Positions 61,790 to 64,000 of a stretch of DNA of 64,000 nucleotides are shown here, piece by piece. A model generated the notes under the pieces. The model had not been told where the DNA came from. It made no database searches and saw nothing but the letters and a program-made list of their open reading frames with translations. Source of the stretch: Octopus sinensis (taxonomy: Eukaryota). The stretch covers positions 144,646,001-144,710,000 of the forward strand of contig NC_043000.1 in assembly GCF_006345805.1 (NCBI RefSeq), written 5' to 3'. Both the position numbers and the translations under genes were made by a program. The number at the start of each line of letters is the position of its first letter. Within the stretch, counting starts at the first letter, position 1.

Positions 61790-62420
61790 AAAAAGGACAC
61801 CGCTAATTGACACATTGTGAATGAGCATAACAGCATAGCCTGGAAAAACATGGATTACATTATAAAATGCGAGCAAGAGAAATAATATTATTAAGATTAT
61901 AAAAGCAGAAAGGTACAGGACAAGTTATTACACTTGGAAACGTTCAGAACAGAACAAGAAAGCTTTTACTTAAAATATTGCAGCTAATGATAAAATTTGA
62001 ATTCTTTTATTGAACGTTGATATGTTCTTGTCTTCTTCTTGGGATCTCTATTATATAAGGACTTCAACCCACATGGATATACCCTGGATGGCACCTAAAA
62101 CCCTACACTCATGAATATACGCAGGATTCACGCAATGCCTCGTTATTGTGTTTTGGGGGTTTCTATAACTTCAGGCTGTTGAACTATGAAATTTTATGTC
62201 CCTTTATTTTCTCTCTTTCCATCTCCTTATTCTTTTACTCCGTTCCTCTATGTTATCATCTTATAGATATATACCATTTTCATTTTCCGCATTTTCCCCC
62301 AATTTGTCTCTGATGACGGAATACTCCATGCTCAAGTATATTCCCAAAACAGCTGCAACATTTTGAATTTCTTCCTGTAATAGTACTGCATATCACTTGA
62401 GATGTTTGCCTTGCCTTAAT
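61790..62420 (+). mobile_element. Very degenerate PLE 3' end (GIY-YIG C-terminus remnant + decayed hammerhead at 62305-62361)
   Basis: HIVNEHNSIAW...ESFYLK..NLN-like segment, then CUGAUGA-CGGAAUA...UAUUCCC-AAAAC-AGCUG (palindrome CAGCUG; G12 and U16.1 mutated). Confidence 0.45.
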
Positions 62421-62459
62421 GTTTGACGTCCTGTTTAAAAATTATAAATATATATATAT

Positions 62460-62582
62460 ATCACGTGATCACGTAACCGACCAGGCCATCAGATGTTGCT
62501 ACACATCGCTGGTCACAATGCGTTTGCATTGTTTTAGCCTTCGAACGACGCCACCCCGCTGGCTAAGCGAGCAGGCCAATAA
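62460..62582 (+). repeat. Short GC-richer interspersed repeat fragment between TA tracts
   Basis: TCACGTGATCACGTAACCGACCAGGCCATCAG...GCTAAGCGAGCAGGCCAA. Single copy in this window; family not assigned. Confidence 0.35.
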
Positions 62583-62634
<52 letters not shown>

Positions 62635-62647
62635 ATGTTTGTATATA

Positions 62648-62694
<47 letters not shown>

Positions 62695-63626
62695 AATGAT
62701 AGCTATATGTGAAAGAGAGGCATATGTATTCTACTCCAGCTCTGTTAATTCTTGAATCGCATCTGGATAATATTTATATCTGATATAGGTGCCAGGCCAT
62801 AAATAATTTTACACATACACCCATACACATACACAAACATGCACATATATCTGCGCATGTGTTTGCATGTCCATACACGCATACACACGCCCGCACACCT
62901 GATGAACACACACACGCGATCAGAAGAGCATGCACACAAACAAACGCAGTCATGCTCACGTATTTACGTACATACAAGCAAGTGTGCGTGAGACGTTTTC
63001 TTCTTCATTATTTAACTAACTTTCGACGGCTATTGTTATACTATCTTACGTTTAAGTTCCCTCAAATCAATGATGAATATAATACGAGAACAAACATGAA
63101 ACTAACGAAAACCAAAAAATGCAATATTTCCTTCAATTTACAGTAAGGTTTCTATACGAAGATTTTTCGGCTTATATGGGTCGTTGATAAAAAGATATCT
63201 TTTTATTCCATTAGTCTGTGTTTGTAATGTTTTTGTATGGTTTGCTTCTTGATTCTTCCATTTCAATTCAATATATATTGTATTTTCTCCTATATAGCCA
63301 TTAGGTATGGATTTAGATGATACCGTTATTCCTTGATAGCATAATAAATTTTAGAAAAAAACATCAGAAATGTCTATTTTTATATAAAATAAAATATGAA
63401 TGTAAGAAACAGAATTCTTCCAATGCAGACCGTATGTATTCACTGTAATACACGAGTTATCATCATCTTGAATACACGTACACATTTATTTTGATGTATC
63501 ATGATGTAGATTTAGATAAGTATTACACATTGAAGCACTATCACACGTAGATATCTACCTACAAGCATGCGTTATGTATATATATATACATATATATATA
63601 ATATATATATATATATACATATATAT

Positions 63627-63713
<87 letters not shown>

Positions 63714-63869
63714 CATATATATATATATAATTTGTAAGTGAGTATGTACATATGTGTTCATGAATATATTTGTGTTTGTGTGTATTTGTAAATGTGTATG
63801 CGCGCCCGTGTGTATGAATATATTTATATATATGTATGTGTATGTATATATATATATAATATATATATA

Positions 63870-64000
63870 TAGTTAATCCAAACATGAAAACACAAAGAAA
63901 AAACACAACAACGCCTGGAAGTGGAACAAATATAGTCGCAGGCTAGAACCTTTTATTAAGTGGACTATATATTTCACCCAGCTGGCTGGAACGGCCGTTC
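63870..64000 (-). mobile_element. Element sharing the family A 3' end, truncated by the window edge
   Basis: AAACATGAAAACACAAAGAAAAAACACAACAACGC..GTGGAACAA matches 33300-33350, then diverges. Confidence 0.55.

Overview
This is AT-rich, microsatellite-dense eukaryotic genomic DNA. The repeat complement resembles a cephalopod (Octopus-like) genome, which is my inference and not a database result. No host gene can be called with confidence, and most ORFs in the track are translated (TA)n/(CA)n/trinucleotide repeats. The window is mostly transposon-derived: a near-intact RTE LINE (28.4-32.4 kb, minus), CR1-like, RTE and R4-like LINE remnants, Tc1/mariner fragments, tRNA-derived SINEs, a Helitron-like element, and Penelope-like element (PLE) remnants, including an RT+GIY-YIG copy between ~1-kb inverted repeats (44.4-49.4 kb). 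The main unannotated signal is about 12 type I hammerhead ribozyme (HHR) motifs from several unrelated short elements, mostly lodged in (TA)n tracts. They include two identical canonical HHRs 353 nt apart (a retrozyme-like unit), a U3-A8 core variant present in both orientations, and a canonical HHR with a long stem II. All folds were made by eye and none has been tested.
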